From: Pseudomonadota bacterium
GTDB lineage: Bacteria > Bdellovibrionota > Bdellovibrionia > Bdellovibrionales > Bdellovibrionaceae
Reading direction: 5' to 3'
Length of the DNA stretch: 64,000 nt
Assembly (NCBI GenBank): GCA_041178425.1
Contig: JBEGVH010000014.1
Span: forward strand, 32,001-96,000
Numbering within the stretch: position 1 is the stretch's first letter; each line of letters begins with the position of its first letter. The notes beneath the pieces are model-generated. The model made no database searches, was not told the DNA's origin, and saw only the letters and a list, made by a program, of their open reading frames with translations. The translations under genes and the position numbers were made by a program. This document shows, piece after piece, positions 47,537 through 58,473 of this stretch.

Positions 47537-49179
47537 TTGACTGGCAAGCAATCCAAGATCACTTACTTCAACTTTTAGGAGGAATGTCGCTGTTCCTTCT
47601 CGGTATGACTATGGCAAGCCAATCACTTGAAAAATTGATGGCTCGGAGTATCAGCCATGTTCTCAATAAATTATCTCAAAGCCCTTTGGTCGCTATCTTC
47701 GTTGGAATTTTACTTACGACTCTTCTTCAAAGTTCAGGGGCCGTCACAAGTATGCTTGTTGGGCTGGGTTCTGCGCGCGTCATTACGCTACCTCAAGTCA
47801 TGGGTGTGATCATAGGAACGGCCATTGGATCAACACTCACCGTTCAACTCATTAGTTTTAATCTTAATCAGTACGGACTCCCGGTCTTTAGCTTTGCTTT
47901 TCTTTTTTATTTTTTAAGTAAAAAAACTCATGTTAAGAGCATTGCGCAGGTGTTCATGGGTTTTGGCCTTATTTTCTTTGGGTTAACTATGATGAGTGCA
48001 GCTGCTCATTACTTCGCAGCTCTACCAGAATTGGCAAGCACCTTCGAGAAACTTCGCTCGCACCCCTTGATCTCATTAACCCTATCTATGATTTTTTGCG
48101 GCCTCATTCACTCAAGCGCCGTCACCATAGGACTAGCCATGAGCTTAGCCACCGCTGGAGTTATCTCTGTGAGTGATGCCCTTTTTTGGGTTTATGGCGC
48201 AAACATTGGAACCACTTCAACGGCAATCATGGCGGCGGTAAACAGCAATCATATTGGCAAACAAGTGGCGTGGTCGCACTTCATTTACAAAGTTGTGAGT
48301 GTCGTGCTCTTTTATCCTTTTTCTGAGTACTTTGTTTCCCAAATTATGGCGTACCATGCCTCTGCTTCGCGTTCGATCGCTAATGCACACTTCTTTTTTA
48401 ATGTTATCTCGGCCGGCCTCTTTTACCCCTTTATTAAATGGGGTGCTGTGATGATGGAAAAAATGTTCCCTAAAAATGTAACCGATGAATTTGGAACCGA
48501 GTTTCTAAAATTAAACACTTACAAGTCGTCCTCACTTGCCGTCTCTTATGGTGAAAGAGAAATTATGAGGGTCGCAGATATCGTTCTAAGTATGATTCAA
48601 GACTCAATAAAACTGTTTAACAACTATAGTATCGTGCTCGTTGACGGTATCAGAGAGCGCGACAATAGAGTCGATTTTCTATACCGCGAAATTAAAATGT
48701 TTCTTCTTGAACATGCCAACCATAGTTCAACAGAGGTTAATCAGAGAATTATGGACATGATTATGTTTTTGAGCGATTTGGAACGAAGTGCAGATTCTAT
48801 CGATATTAATCTCATTACCCTTGCCTCAAAAAAATCAGCTCTCAAACTTGAATTTTCGAACGCTGGTTGGGATGAACTAAAAGCGATGCATGAACAGGTC
48901 ATGAGAGTGGCGGCGATGGCTGTGAATGCTTTTCACACCAAAGAGCTCTGTGAGGAAGCCATTCGTTTGAAGCGCGACTTAGCAAAGATTGAGATGAACC
49001 TTCGAGAGAATCATATTTTGCGTTTGAACAAAGGGATGAGGGATTCCATAAATACGAGTTCCATTCACCTTGATGTCTTGAGTGAATATAGGCGAATAGC
49101 GAGCCTCCTTGTTTCACATGCCTACAAAGGAGCTCGAGGAAATGCACCTAATGACATTAATAATCCGAGCGAAAACTAA
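47533..49179 (+). CDS. Na+/Pi cotransporter family protein with PhoU domains
   Basis: LQSSGAVT, HSSAVT, GANIGT. ATGA overlap with the upstream gene. Confidence 0.9.
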   Translation: MIDWQAIQDHLLQLLGGMSLFLLGMTMASQSLEKLMARSISHVLNKLSQSPLVAIFVGILLTTLLQSSGAVTSMLVGLGSARVITLPQVMGVIIGTAIGSTLTVQLISFNLNQYGLPVFSFAFLFYFLSKKTHVKSIAQVFMGFGLIFFGLTMMSAAAHYFAALPELASTFEKLRSHPLISLTLSMIFCGLIHSSAVTIGLAMSLATAGVISVSDALFWVYGANIGTTSTAIMAAVNSNHIGKQVAWSHFIYKVVSVVLFYPFSEYFVSQIMAYHASASRSIANAHFFFNVISAGLFYPFIKWGAVMMEKMFPKNVTDEFGTEFLKLNTYKSSSLAVSYGEREIMRVADIVLSMIQDSIKLFNNYSIVLVDGIRERDNRVDFLYREIKMFLLEHANHSSTEVNQRIMDMIMFLSDLERSADSIDINLITLASKKSALKLEFSNAGWDELKAMHEQVMRVAAMAVNAFHTKELCEEAIRLKRDLAKIEMNLRENHILRLNKGMRDSINTSSIHLDVLSEYRRIASLLVSHAYKGARGNAPNDINNPSEN

Positions 49180-49202
49180 GACTCACTAAGAACTTCAGAT
49201 CT

Positions 49203-49550
49203 TTACTTTTTAAAAGCCACTAATACTGCCAAAAAAATAAAAAACATCGATAATAAATATCTAAACGAGGGTGTTTCTCCCAGTCCCAACCATGCAAAAA
49301 TCATAAAGACGATGAGCGTGATACTCTCTTGCATGATTTTTAACTGATAAGCAGACAAGTCTCCGTATCCCAAACGATTCGCAGGAACCATGAGAGCATA
49401 CTCTGGTAGGGCCAAAAGCCAACTCACGAGAATAGCAACAACGAGCGACGAACCCTTAAATCTCAAGTGCCCATACCAAGCGACCGTCATAAAGCAATTA
49501 CTGCAAACTAGCAGTCCGAGTGTTTTTATCCAATTGGGAACATCCACCAT
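49203..49550 (-). CDS. DMT family (DUF486) membrane protein
   Basis: SNCFMTVAWYGHL, EYALMVPANRLG, QLKIMQE. Confidence 0.88.
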   Translation of the reverse strand: MVDVPNWIKTLGLLVCSNCFMTVAWYGHLRFKGSSLVVAILVSWLLALPEYALMVPANRLGYGDLSAYQLKIMQESITLIVFMIFAWLGLGETPSFRYLLSMFFIFLAVLVAFKK

Positions 49551-49677
49551 GGCCTCCTTTGATCTCTTCAATTATTGACAGCTTGCCCTAAATTCTACGT
49601 AGAATAAACTAGAAGTTTGTGAGATGAAAAAGCATGTTTATCAATGCAAAATGCTAAATCACAGAGAGGATTCGTTT

Positions 49678-50088
49678 ATGTCTGTTCGCTCAACGGTTGA
49701 ATACAGGGGTGAAAAATCCTGTGAGGTTAAACATGAACCTTCCGATTCATCTTTTCTCACAGATGCCCCTAAAGATAATAATGGACAAGGGCGATGGTTT
49801 TCGCCCACAGATCTTGCCGGCGCCAGCATGGGCAGTTGCATGCTCACCATCATGGCTATGGCTGCAGAAAAAATTGGAATCGAACTCAAGGGCACAAAGG
49901 TCACTGTCGACAAGGAGATGCGAGCTAATCCTCGCCGCATCGCTAAATTGACGGTCAATTTTTATCTTCCAAAAATTGATCCTATTCATCAGACTTCTCT
50001 TGAAAATGCGGCGCTCACCTGCCCAGTGAAACACAGTCTCCACCCCGACATTGAAGTTCCCGTTAATTTTCACTGGGGATCAATTTAA
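49678..50088 (+). CDS. OsmC/YhfA family protein
   Basis: TDAPKDNNG, FSPTDL...SC, CPVKHSLHP. Confidence 0.9.
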   Translation: MSVRSTVEYRGEKSCEVKHEPSDSSFLTDAPKDNNGQGRWFSPTDLAGASMGSCMLTIMAMAAEKIGIELKGTKVTVDKEMRANPRRIAKLTVNFYLPKIDPIHQTSLENAALTCPVKHSLHPDIEVPVNFHWGSI

Positions 50089-50106
50089 TACTTTTATTGT
50101 AATACT

Positions 50107-51120
50107 CTATTTAAGTGAGGCAGCGCAGCTCTTCGCTTCCCGCAGAGGCAACCTGAAGAATTGAGGTGGGATATCAGAAAAGATGACCGACCTCACCCGA
50201 ACTCGATAACTTTGCTGAAAAAAATCTATTTTCCTTAACAGGTTTCGAACTCGGGGTAAGAAAAGGCTGGCTGTTTCTTGGTGAAACCCAAAATGAAATG
50301 AAACTGGCTGCGGTTTTCCATAATTCTTCTCAACCAATTTTTGGAAAATAAGAAATGCCTTTTTTGAATCGATATAATCGGCCAAACCAATATTATTTGG
50401 AAACTCCAAAATTGGTCCTACCGGCGTCTGCAGTTCGTAAGGTTGGTGCTTAAAAGGCGTTTGGTCGGGCCATAGTTTTTTATTTATCTGAAACAATGGC
50501 TGCTCCGAACCCACAACAGAACCAATAATATCTAAAGGAACAGCAGAACTGTCTATTTGGATACCCTCGAGCCGAAGGGCCTCAAGAACTTCGGGCGTTG
50601 CCACCCACCCTCCGGCGCGAAAAGAGTTAATATTTGAAAATCCATGCGACCCCAGTATTTCAAGACTTTTACGAATAATCCGACGCAATTCTTCAACATT
50701 AAACAACGACAGTGGTACATCGTGGCCCCTTTGGCCATTGTAGGGCTGTGAACCCCTTGAACCCCAATAGGTCACGTTATCACGAAAGGGCACACCCGAC
50801 GCAGCCAAAAGGCTTTCGAGAGCATGAACATGAAGTCCAATCTCATCTCCTGGCCTCAGCACAGATTGGATTTTTGCTACCACATCAATAGGATTTACAC
50901 CCTTTTGGGTAAAATACGCGGCATTAAGAAAATGAATTAATTTGATGTGCGGAAACTGATTCCTAAGAAGTTTCATCGCTTGAAGATTTTCATCCTGTAG
51001 AGAAACACCTTCCCAGTCCACAGACATAAAAAGCTTCACATCTAAATACTCTTCTCGCTCAGCGTGGAGAGCTGAAGTAAAAAGAAATATAAAAATAAAA
51101 AACCACTGTTTTAACGTCAT
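50107..51120 (-). CDS. Secreted polysaccharide deacetylase-like (CE4/NodB fold) protein
   Basis: Signal peptide, SVDWEG, EIGLHVH, SFRAGGW, DSS. Confidence 0.7.
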   Translation of the reverse strand: MTLKQWFFIFIFLFTSALHAEREEYLDVKLFMSVDWEGVSLQDENLQAMKLLRNQFPHIKLIHFLNAAYFTQKGVNPIDVVAKIQSVLRPGDEIGLHVHALESLLAASGVPFRDNVTYWGSRGSQPYNGQRGHDVPLSLFNVEELRRIIRKSLEILGSHGFSNINSFRAGGWVATPEVLEALRLEGIQIDSSAVPLDIIGSVVGSEQPLFQINKKLWPDQTPFKHQPYELQTPVGPILEFPNNIGLADYIDSKKAFLIFQKLVEKNYGKPQPVSFHFGFHQETASLFLPRVRNLLRKIDFFQQSYRVRVRSVIFSDIPPQFFRLPLREAKSCAASLK

Positions 51121-51259
51121 CTGACCCTTGTTAAAAATGCCAAATTACAAGTTACTACACCCATCGACTAAGCATTGTGGTTCTAAATTAAAAATATTTA
51201 AGACTCCATAAGATAACAAGTCTTGGAAAGTTTTCTTTATCGAAGTGACAATTTGAGGC

Positions 51260-52726
51260 CTAGGGAGAGGTTAGAAGTGTCGGGGGTCGCCAACCGCCAA
51301 AGGCCTTTTCAATATCTTTAGCTGCCAACAAAGAAAGCGAGTCATTCCAACGGCTTGCCACAATTTGCAAACCCATGGGAAGCGATTGACTATCAAAACC
51401 CGTAGGCGCTTGAGTCACTGGAAAATCCAATGCATTCCAAATGGCCGTGTAAACAAAATCTATCGGACGCAAGACCCCGCTATTATGGGTAAAGGCTACT
51501 CGCGGATGAGTTGGCATGAGAAGAATATTATTTGTGCCTAAAAGATTCGAAAAATAATCTCTTAAGGCTGCAATTTTGTGCTGATACTTCCCGGGTTGGA
51601 TCGATTTTTTAAAGTATTTTTCACCGGCAGCATAAGCCAGTATCGGAAAGGTCAGTGTGCCCTTACCTAAAAGCATCTTGATAAACTCTCTGCCCAACTG
51701 AGTCGCCTGACCTTGACCCAACGATTCGTTAAAGCTTGGTCCTGACATGAGCGAAAAAGCATCGTTCCAAATCTCGAAAGCCTCTTCAAAAAGAGTGTTA
51801 TCCACTTCTTCGATTATTGCACCTTGCTCTTCAAAAAAACTGGCGGCTTTTGATAATGCTGTTTTTAGACTCGGATCGGTTGAAAATGCCCATCGCATTT
51901 GCGGGTCTTTTAGCAAATAAATCTTACGCCCTTTCCAAGAGACCTGTGTGAAATCAAACTTTTTTGAACGAACATCTTTATCTCGGCCATCGGGCTTGGC
52001 CATAACCTGAAACAACTCAATCACATCATCTGCAAATCGCGCCATGGGCCCAACAACAGTTAACCGAGAACCATCACCACTCAATTGCTCCTCGGTACCA
52101 CTCAACATTGGATAATGTCCGCTGAAAGGGATCAAGAATCGAGTTGGTTTGTGTCCAAATAAACCACAAAAGGCCGCAGGAATCCGAATGCTTCCACCGA
52201 TATCACTACCTATTCCAAAGGCGGACCCCATCGCTGAAATAATGGCTCCCTCACCACCGCTACTGCCACCACTTGTGCGCGTTAGATCGTAGGGGTTTTT
52301 TGTTGATCCATAAACATGATTAAAGGTTTCAAACCATAAACCCATCTCAGGAACGTTGGTAACCCCCGCAAAGAGTCCACCCTCCGAGACCAAATTTTCA
52401 ATGGCCGACGAATTCACACGACCTTTAAGATGACGACGACTGGCAAGACCGAGTGTATTGGGAAGACCTTTTGCTTCAAAAAGCTCTTTTGCCGTAAAAG
52501 GCAACCCCGCCAACCTAGGCGCTTGCTCACCAGCCAAGATGCTTTTCTCGAGCGTTCTTGCTTCTAAGTAGGCCTGATCCCAACGATCGGCCACTACAGC
52601 ATTAATCATGGGATTCACCTGATCACACTGGCGCCGATAGGCTCTCAAAATCTCAACTGGCGATACTTCTTTTTTATTTAGTAAATTTCTAACTTCATGA
52701 ATTCGTAAAACCGCAAGCGGGTTCAT
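51260..52726 (-). CDS. Amidase signature family protein (FAAH2-like)
   Basis: GLPFTAKE, GGSSGGEG, GSDIGGSIRIPA. Confidence 0.92.
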   Translation of the reverse strand: MNPLAVLRIHEVRNLLNKKEVSPVEILRAYRRQCDQVNPMINAVVADRWDQAYLEARTLEKSILAGEQAPRLAGLPFTAKELFEAKGLPNTLGLASRRHLKGRVNSSAIENLVSEGGLFAGVTNVPEMGLWFETFNHVYGSTKNPYDLTRTSGGSSGGEGAIISAMGSAFGIGSDIGGSIRIPAAFCGLFGHKPTRFLIPFSGHYPMLSGTEEQLSGDGSRLTVVGPMARFADDVIELFQVMAKPDGRDKDVRSKKFDFTQVSWKGRKIYLLKDPQMRWAFSTDPSLKTALSKAASFFEEQGAIIEEVDNTLFEEAFEIWNDAFSLMSGPSFNESLGQGQATQLGREFIKMLLGKGTLTFPILAYAAGEKYFKKSIQPGKYQHKIAALRDYFSNLLGTNNILLMPTHPRVAFTHNSGVLRPIDFVYTAIWNALDFPVTQAPTGFDSQSLPMGLQIVASRWNDSLSLLAAKDIEKAFGGWRPPTLLTSP

Positions 52727-53106
52727 CGATTAGAGCCCCCGAAGGTCCACTCTCGGAAACCAAAAGACTTTGCTTTTTCTAGATAAAGTTCTTCAATTTC
52801 AAATACATTCGCATCACCCGTCGGCGACCCACATAATTGGATTCTCATGAGCCCATCATTAAGGTGAGCTGTTGAAATGACTGGAATGTCTTTGAGGTCT
52901 TTCTGCATCTCTTCGACAGAGATACGCTTACCCATGCCACATTGAAGAGTCCCATCGTAGCGATAAACCCTAACGGTTTTTGGTTTACTTTCTTGTTTGG
53001 CCTGCAACTGCTGAATCTCCTTCACTCTGCAATGAGTGCTCGAACAACCCAATCCAAAAAGAGTAAAAACTAAAAGCCAGCAAAAAGCATTCCTTAAAAT
53101 AACCAT
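52723..53106 (-). CDS. Hypothetical lipoprotein
   Basis: Lipobox GLGC, YRYDGTLQC, QLCGSPTG. Confidence 0.75.
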   Translation of the reverse strand: MVILRNAFCWLLVFTLFGLGCSSTHCRVKEIQQLQAKQESKPKTVRVYRYDGTLQCGMGKRISVEEMQKDLKDIPVISTAHLNDGLMRIQLCGSPTGDANVFEIEELYLEKAKSFGFREWTFGGSNR

Positions 53107-54266
53107 GAGTCTTTCTTACCTTCCGATTTTTTCTTGCCTTTGACTTTATACAAAAGGGCTCCATTGGAGGCGAAATAAAACTCATTATTTCCCTCATCAA
53201 CGGTAACCGGCGAAAACAATCCGAACCCTGGATTCAGACTGCCAGCAGGCATTCCATCTTCAAGCCGAAGAGCCTTCATGGCTCCAGTCGACTCTCCGAT
53301 GACAACAAAATCTAAGTAAAGAACTGGGGTGGTCGCTATGCCCTCTTTGAGAGCATATTTCCAGAGGGTGCTTCCATTTTTCTTATCGATAGAGATAACC
53401 TCACCCGTCGATGAACTGTAAATCAAACGATCACCAGAAATTAATACCGATCCAAACCCACCAGGCTCCGTTTTCCAAATCAAATCACCACTCATGAGAT
53501 TTACACAGTAAAGGTGGCTATCATAACCAGTCACATAGACTCTATCACCGTCAATGACGGGCATACTATCGAGGTCACGAAAACGTTTATTTTTATTAAG
53601 AGCCGTCTCCCACTTCACCCCACCCGACTTAGCATCGAGTGCGACAAGGTAACCATCGCTAAAACCAACAACGACAACCCCGTTTTTAATGGTGGGAGTG
53701 GAAGATCCTCGAATTGAAAAATTTTGACTATCCACTCTCGAGTAAAGCCAAACTTCTTTGCCTTCAACGGCATCCACAGCATGCAAAATATTATTTCCGG
53801 TGACAAAATAAACAATGCCATCGCTAATGGTAGGCGCAGCCAATGTTTCAGCCCTCACGGGCATGGTCCACATGACTTTGCCAGAACTTACTGATATCGA
53901 ATAAAACAGACCGTCATTACCACCAAAAAATAGATGATCTTTAATCGCCGTGGCTCCGCCCTCAACTCCACCTTTCACAGGAATCCTCCAAAGGATATTT
54001 CCTGTTTGCCGATGGATCGCTACAATTCCGTCGTATCCATTTCCTTGAATGACTCTATCTTCTAAAAGAAGCGGAGACATCCTTACATTCTTGCGATACC
54101 CGATGTCTTTCGATGCCGTTGTCGGACGCACCCAGTCTTTTTCAAACTCAAGCATCACCGATGCCTTTGCATTGGACGTTTTTTTAGATTCATCGGATGG
54201 AAAATGAGTACAACCCGTTAAAAAAAAGAGGCCCCAAAGGGCCAAGCTTTTCAATCTATAATTCAT
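53094..54266 (-). CDS. bamB: BamB-like PQQ-repeat beta-propeller lipoprotein
   Basis: Lipobox LTGC, repeated A.D...G...W blades, downstream of a yfgM-like gene. Confidence 0.75.
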   Translation of the reverse strand: MNYRLKSLALWGLFFLTGCTHFPSDESKKTSNAKASVMLEFEKDWVRPTTASKDIGYRKNVRMSPLLLEDRVIQGNGYDGIVAIHRQTGNILWRIPVKGGVEGGATAIKDHLFFGGNDGLFYSISVSSGKVMWTMPVRAETLAAPTISDGIVYFVTGNNILHAVDAVEGKEVWLYSRVDSQNFSIRGSSTPTIKNGVVVVGFSDGYLVALDAKSGGVKWETALNKNKRFRDLDSMPVIDGDRVYVTGYDSHLYCVNLMSGDLIWKTEPGGFGSVLISGDRLIYSSSTGEVISIDKKNGSTLWKYALKEGIATTPVLYLDFVVIGESTGAMKALRLEDGMPAGSLNPGFGLFSPVTVDEGNNEFYFASNGALLYKVKGKKKSEGKKDSWLF

Positions 54267-54281
54267 AGAGCCTTCACCACC

Positions 54282-55103
54282 TTAAGAGGCTTTAGAGGGA
54301 TTTAAATTCTTTTTAAACTTTAAATAACGAAGATAATTTTCTGCCGTCTGTTGAATTTGTGTTTTTGGCTTTTGCTGACTTTGCTTACCTGAAGTCGGCT
54401 TATTAGTAACGATAGCTTGTAGAACACTTTCGGCCTTTTCAACCTGACCCAAATTTTCTAAACACAGCGCCCGGCCTAATTGAGCCTGCTCCGACACAAA
54501 AGACACTCTCTTTTTAGCCTCAAGACTCTCCCAAATCCCTACCGATTCTTGGCATTGTCCCTGATTTGCCAAGAGTGTTGCATAAGAATGAAGAACCATC
54601 GCTCCGAGTAAATCATCCGAACTCTGCTGCCCCTTCACCTTGGCTAGGATTTGCATTGCTTCCTTAGGCATTTCGTATTTGGTATAAATTTGACTCAGTT
54701 CGAGAGCCGCCATCGCAGCCGCTTTAGAATTAGAATGAGAGTCTACCAACTGTACCAAGCCACGAACCTCTTGCTCGTAATCTTTGTGAAAATCACCGGT
54801 GGGAGTAGCCTTAGCCGCATCTGCTTTTTTGGCGGGATCTTTGGCTTCTGCCTCGGCGCGATCAAAGGCTTCTTTCTTTTTCAGAAAAGCTTTTTCAGCA
54901 ACGTAATATTGTTCCTGGACCGATAACTCTCGATTCGTCGTCGTTTTATCCCAAGCAACAATTCCGACACCAATGAGAATCAACAAACCCAAAACACCGA
55001 ATACGAGCTTTCGTTGGCCAACCAGTTGCACAAAAAATCGTTGTCCGACCTCCGTCATATGATCGGGCCGTCGTAGTTCTTCCTTAGAAATAGTATGAGT
55101 CAT
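54282..55103 (-). CDS. YfgM-like membrane-anchored TPR protein
   Basis: ELRRPD N-terminus, single TM, TPR helices, yfgM-bamB synteny. Confidence 0.75.
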   Translation of the reverse strand: MTHTISKEELRRPDHMTEVGQRFFVQLVGQRKLVFGVLGLLILIGVGIVAWDKTTTNRELSVQEQYYVAEKAFLKKKEAFDRAEAEAKDPAKKADAAKATPTGDFHKDYEQEVRGLVQLVDSHSNSKAAAMAALELSQIYTKYEMPKEAMQILAKVKGQQSSDDLLGAMVLHSYATLLANQGQCQESVGIWESLEAKKRVSFVSEQAQLGRALCLENLGQVEKAESVLQAIVTNKPTSGKQSQQKPKTQIQQTAENYLRYLKFKKNLNPSKAS

Positions 55104-55126
55104 TTTATCTTCCCCTTAACGAACTC

Positions 55127-56242
55127 TTAGCGATTGTACATTTCCTTTAAAGTCGTAAATAGACGAGATGATTTTCCTTGGTGACGCTGGCGTAAACCAC
55201 CAATGGTTTTCATTCGTTGTTCCGCTAAACGATCGGCGGCGATGTGAGTGGCAATATTCTCTTCTTTTGCAATTTTGAAAACTCTCATGAGATTATCGTA
55301 AACTTTTTTAGTTTTATCGAAGGCACGATCAGAAGAGTAACCCTCAAGCTCGACAAAAACATTCATTAGGCCACCAGCATTACAAACATAGTCTGGAGCG
55401 TAGAGAATTCCCATTTCTCTTAGGGCCTCACCATGTCGAGGTTCTGCTAATTGATTATTGGCTCCTCCGGCAATCATCTTGCATTTCAATTGGCCGACAG
55501 TGAGATCATTAAAAACGGCACCCAGAGCACATGGTGCAAGAATATCGCATTCTGTTGTGATGATTTCTTCTGAACTCACGGCCTCAACACCATAACGATC
55601 AACAAAGTTTTTTACTTTTTGGGCGTCGATATCCGCAACTTTCACTCGAGCGCCTTCTTCTACGAGATACTTCACAAGGTTAGAGCCAACATTGCCAAGC
55701 CCCTGAACGGCAATAGTTAAACCTTTAACGTTATCAACATTTAGTTTCTCTTTCGCTACAGCTCTAACACCCATCAAAACGCCATGAGCAGTGTATGGGC
55801 TAGGGTCACCCGAGCCACCTAAAGATTTAGGAATACCGGTAACCCAGGGAGTTTCCATGAAAATATATTCCATATCCTGTTCGCAGGTATTCACATCTTC
55901 AGCAGTAATGTATTTTCCATTGAGCGAGTTTACAAACTGACCAAACGCTCGGAATAGTGATTCCGTTTTTTGGGTCTTGGGATCACCAATGATGACCGCT
56001 TTTCCACCACCCAAGTTCAAACCCGCGGCGGCGGCCTTGTAAGTCATTCCTTTTGATAAACGAAGAACATCCACCAACGCTTCTTCTTCTGTTTTATAAT
56101 TCCACATACGGGTGCCACCAAGAGCAGGCCCCAATGAGGTGTTGTGAATTGCTATGATTGCTTTTAAACCAACGGATTTTTCATGACAAAAAATTACTTC
56201 CTCATGTCCACCGTGTTTTTCTATCAGTTCAAAACTGGCCAC
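55127..56242 (-). CDS. Leucine dehydrogenase (Glu/Leu/Phe/Val dehydrogenase family)
   Basis: GPALGGTR, GMTYK, GGGKAV, AEDV, QGLGNVG, GGANNQL. Confidence 0.93.
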   Translation of the reverse strand: MASFELIEKHGGHEEVIFCHEKSVGLKAIIAIHNTSLGPALGGTRMWNYKTEEEALVDVLRLSKGMTYKAAAAGLNLGGGKAVIIGDPKTQKTESLFRAFGQFVNSLNGKYITAEDVNTCEQDMEYIFMETPWVTGIPKSLGGSGDPSPYTAHGVLMGVRAVAKEKLNVDNVKGLTIAVQGLGNVGSNLVKYLVEEGARVKVADIDAQKVKNFVDRYGVEAVSSEEIITTECDILAPCALGAVFNDLTVGQLKCKMIAGGANNQLAEPRHGEALREMGILYAPDYVCNAGGLMNVFVELEGYSSDRAFDKTKKVYDNLMRVFKIAKEENIATHIAADRLAEQRMKTIGGLRQRHQGKSSRLFTTLKEMYNR

Positions 56243-56451
56243 AAGAACTCCTTCCCATCTGAGATGTCACTCATTCAATCTTGTATATGGATAATTAGTC
56301 AATGAGTCTCAAGCACTTAAATGGCAAGGAAGTAAGAATCTTTGAATGGCAATGCTAATTTTGACGCACAATGGTTAAGGAGCTTAAGGACATAAATAGA
56401 AATTCAGCTCCGAACCATGGAGCCAAGACGTGATGTGAATTTGTTTAATTG

Positions 56452-56886
56452 TTAGGCTGAATGTTTCTTGCTCTGAGCGAGATGCATTTGCACAGCCGGC
56501 TCAATTTTTTGCAATAAACCCGGATCTGAAACATTAAGACGCCCAACAAGTTCATCAGCATGCACCAACCGCTCGGCCAATGAAACTAATAGCGCCGAAA
56601 CCCATCCTGGCACCTTTTCTAATTCTCTTTCCAAAATTTCGCCCGTGATTTTTACCACCGTGACGGGCGTTAGTGAAATAGCTTCGGCCGATCGGTTTTT
56701 TCCCGACACAATTCCAAGTTCACCTAAATATTCACCAGCCTTTAAAATTCCTAAGGGAATGATCTCGTTATTTGGACCTCGTTTAAAAATACCGACTTCA
56801 CCCTGTAAAATCACATAGGCACAATCTGCTTTTTCAAACTCCCGAAGAATATAATCACCGGCCTTAAATTCGATTGCAGACTGCAT
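56452..56886 (-). CDS. Stand-alone cyclic nucleotide-binding domain protein
   Basis: GEYLGELG...RSAEA. No HTH. Confidence 0.85.
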   Translation of the reverse strand: MQSAIEFKAGDYILREFEKADCAYVILQGEVGIFKRGPNNEIIPLGILKAGEYLGELGIVSGKNRSAEAISLTPVTVVKITGEILERELEKVPGWVSALLVSLAERLVHADELVGRLNVSDPGLLQKIEPAVQMHLAQSKKHSA

Positions 56887-56990
56887 AAATCCTCACTTTG
56901 CTTAGGTTCCGATCAACTTCATTCTAGCGACTGATCCCTAAAACAGAAATTACATTGCCAAGCGAGTAGGAAAAAACTAGCGTTAAGTCC

Positions 56991-57728
56991 ATGAATGAAA
57001 ATCTTCTGCAAGTTCAAGATGGTTTCAAACAATTTAATTCAAAAACCATTTTAAAAAAAATAAACCTCGAAATTCGCAGGGGTGATTTTGTTGCCTTAAT
57101 TGGCCCGTCAGGCACTGGCAAAACTACACTCCTAAGACTGCTTGCTGGACTTGAGACCTGGTCGACCAGCTCTTTTGTTGAACAAAAAAACTCATCCACC
57201 TCTTTCGTCTTTCAAGAACCCAACCTTTTGAGCTGGCGAACACTCCTTGAGAACATTCAATTACCCCTCGAAATTCAAAAGAAACCTATTAATCAAGAGC
57301 ATTTAAACAAAAGCCTGGAGGCTGTTCATCTTGAGGGGGCTGGAACTCTGTTTCCTCATGAACTCTCTGGCGGAATGAAAATGCGGGCCTCCTTGGCGCG
57401 AGCGCTCATCACTGAACCAGAACTTCTGTTTATGGATGAACCCTTCTCGGCACTCGATGAACCCACCAGAGAAGACTTACAGGATCAGCTCCGCAAAATT
57501 TGGGAAGCGCGCGCCAACACCATCGTTTTCGTTACCCACTCTTTGAGTGAAGCCCTCTTTCTAGCCAATAGGATTATTTTTTTAAGTGGGAAACCAGCGA
57601 GCATTTTTGAAGATTATAAACCTAATCTGCCAAAACAAAGAGACCGTGAAACCAGGAGCTCCGAGATTTTTTTTCGCGAACTCAGTACGATTAGAAACCT
57701 GTTTCAAAAAACGAAAGAAATTGGTTAA
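56991..57728 (+). CDS. NitT/TauT family ABC transporter ATP-binding protein
   Basis: GPSGTGKTT, VFQEPNLLSWR, LSGGMKMR, DEPFSALD. Confidence 0.9.
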   Translation: MNENLLQVQDGFKQFNSKTILKKINLEIRRGDFVALIGPSGTGKTTLLRLLAGLETWSTSSFVEQKNSSTSFVFQEPNLLSWRTLLENIQLPLEIQKKPINQEHLNKSLEAVHLEGAGTLFPHELSGGMKMRASLARALITEPELLFMDEPFSALDEPTREDLQDQLRKIWEARANTIVFVTHSLSEALFLANRIIFLSGKPASIFEDYKPNLPKQRDRETRSSEIFFRELSTIRNLFQKTKEIG

Positions 57729-57733
57729 AAAAA

Positions 57734-58468
57734 ATGAATAGATATTCGTTTCTCGTTACTTTACTCATCTTAATTATTTGTGAGGGCCTGATTACTCTCC
57801 TCGAGGTTCCCAGCTACTTACTACCCCTGCCATCTAAAATACTTCTCGAGTTTTGGACATCAAAGAATGATCTTTTAGCGGCCCTTTTGGAGACAAGCAA
57901 ACACACCACTTTGGCCTTATTTTTTAGTAGCGCTTCAGGCCTTGTCCTAGCCGTCTTGATTTCTCTCTCTCCGTGGTTACGGGCCGGGATCCTTCCCCTT
58001 GCTCAATTTTTTCAAACGGTTCCGATTATTGCCATCGCGCCGATGTTGGTAATCTGGTTTGGGTTTGGGGCACCCACCGTCATTGCTTCAGCAACGATTG
58101 TTAGTTTTTTTCCGATTCTTGCTTCGGCCCTCCAGGGAATCGAATCCACACCAAAATCATCTCTTGAGCTTTTTAAACTCTATAAAGCCAATAGAATTCA
58201 AACGTACCTTAAACTTAAACTGCCCTTGGCTATACCCTGGTTTTTAAACGGCCTAAGAATCTCTGTTGGATTAGCGGTCATCGGAGCACTCGTTGGTGAA
58301 TTTATCGGTGGAGGAGGCCTTGGAAGCCTCATTGACTCAGCAAGAACTCAACAAAGAACAGAACTTGTTTTCGCTGCCGTCTTTGGAAGCTGCGCCATTG
58401 GGTGGATTCTCACTCTTGCATTAGATCTACTTCAGCACACTCTTTTAAAAAAATGGCTGCAAAACTAA
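57734..58468 (+). CDS. NitT/TauT family ABC transporter permease
   Basis: QTVPIIAIAP, WFGFG, AVIGALVGEF. Confidence 0.9.
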   Translation: MNRYSFLVTLLILIICEGLITLLEVPSYLLPLPSKILLEFWTSKNDLLAALLETSKHTTLALFFSSASGLVLAVLISLSPWLRAGILPLAQFFQTVPIIAIAPMLVIWFGFGAPTVIASATIVSFFPILASALQGIESTPKSSLELFKLYKANRIQTYLKLKLPLAIPWFLNGLRISVGLAVIGALVGEFIGGGGLGSLIDSARTQQRTELVFAAVFGSCAIGWILTLALDLLQHTLLKKWLQN

Positions 58469-58473
58469 AACCA

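Noticed and set aside
56920..56975. Possible TPP riboswitch upstream of the NitT/TauT ABC genes (CTGATC...AGCGAGTAGGAA)
   Set aside because: No CTGAGA core and wrong spacing. Better explained as a sigma-70 promoter.
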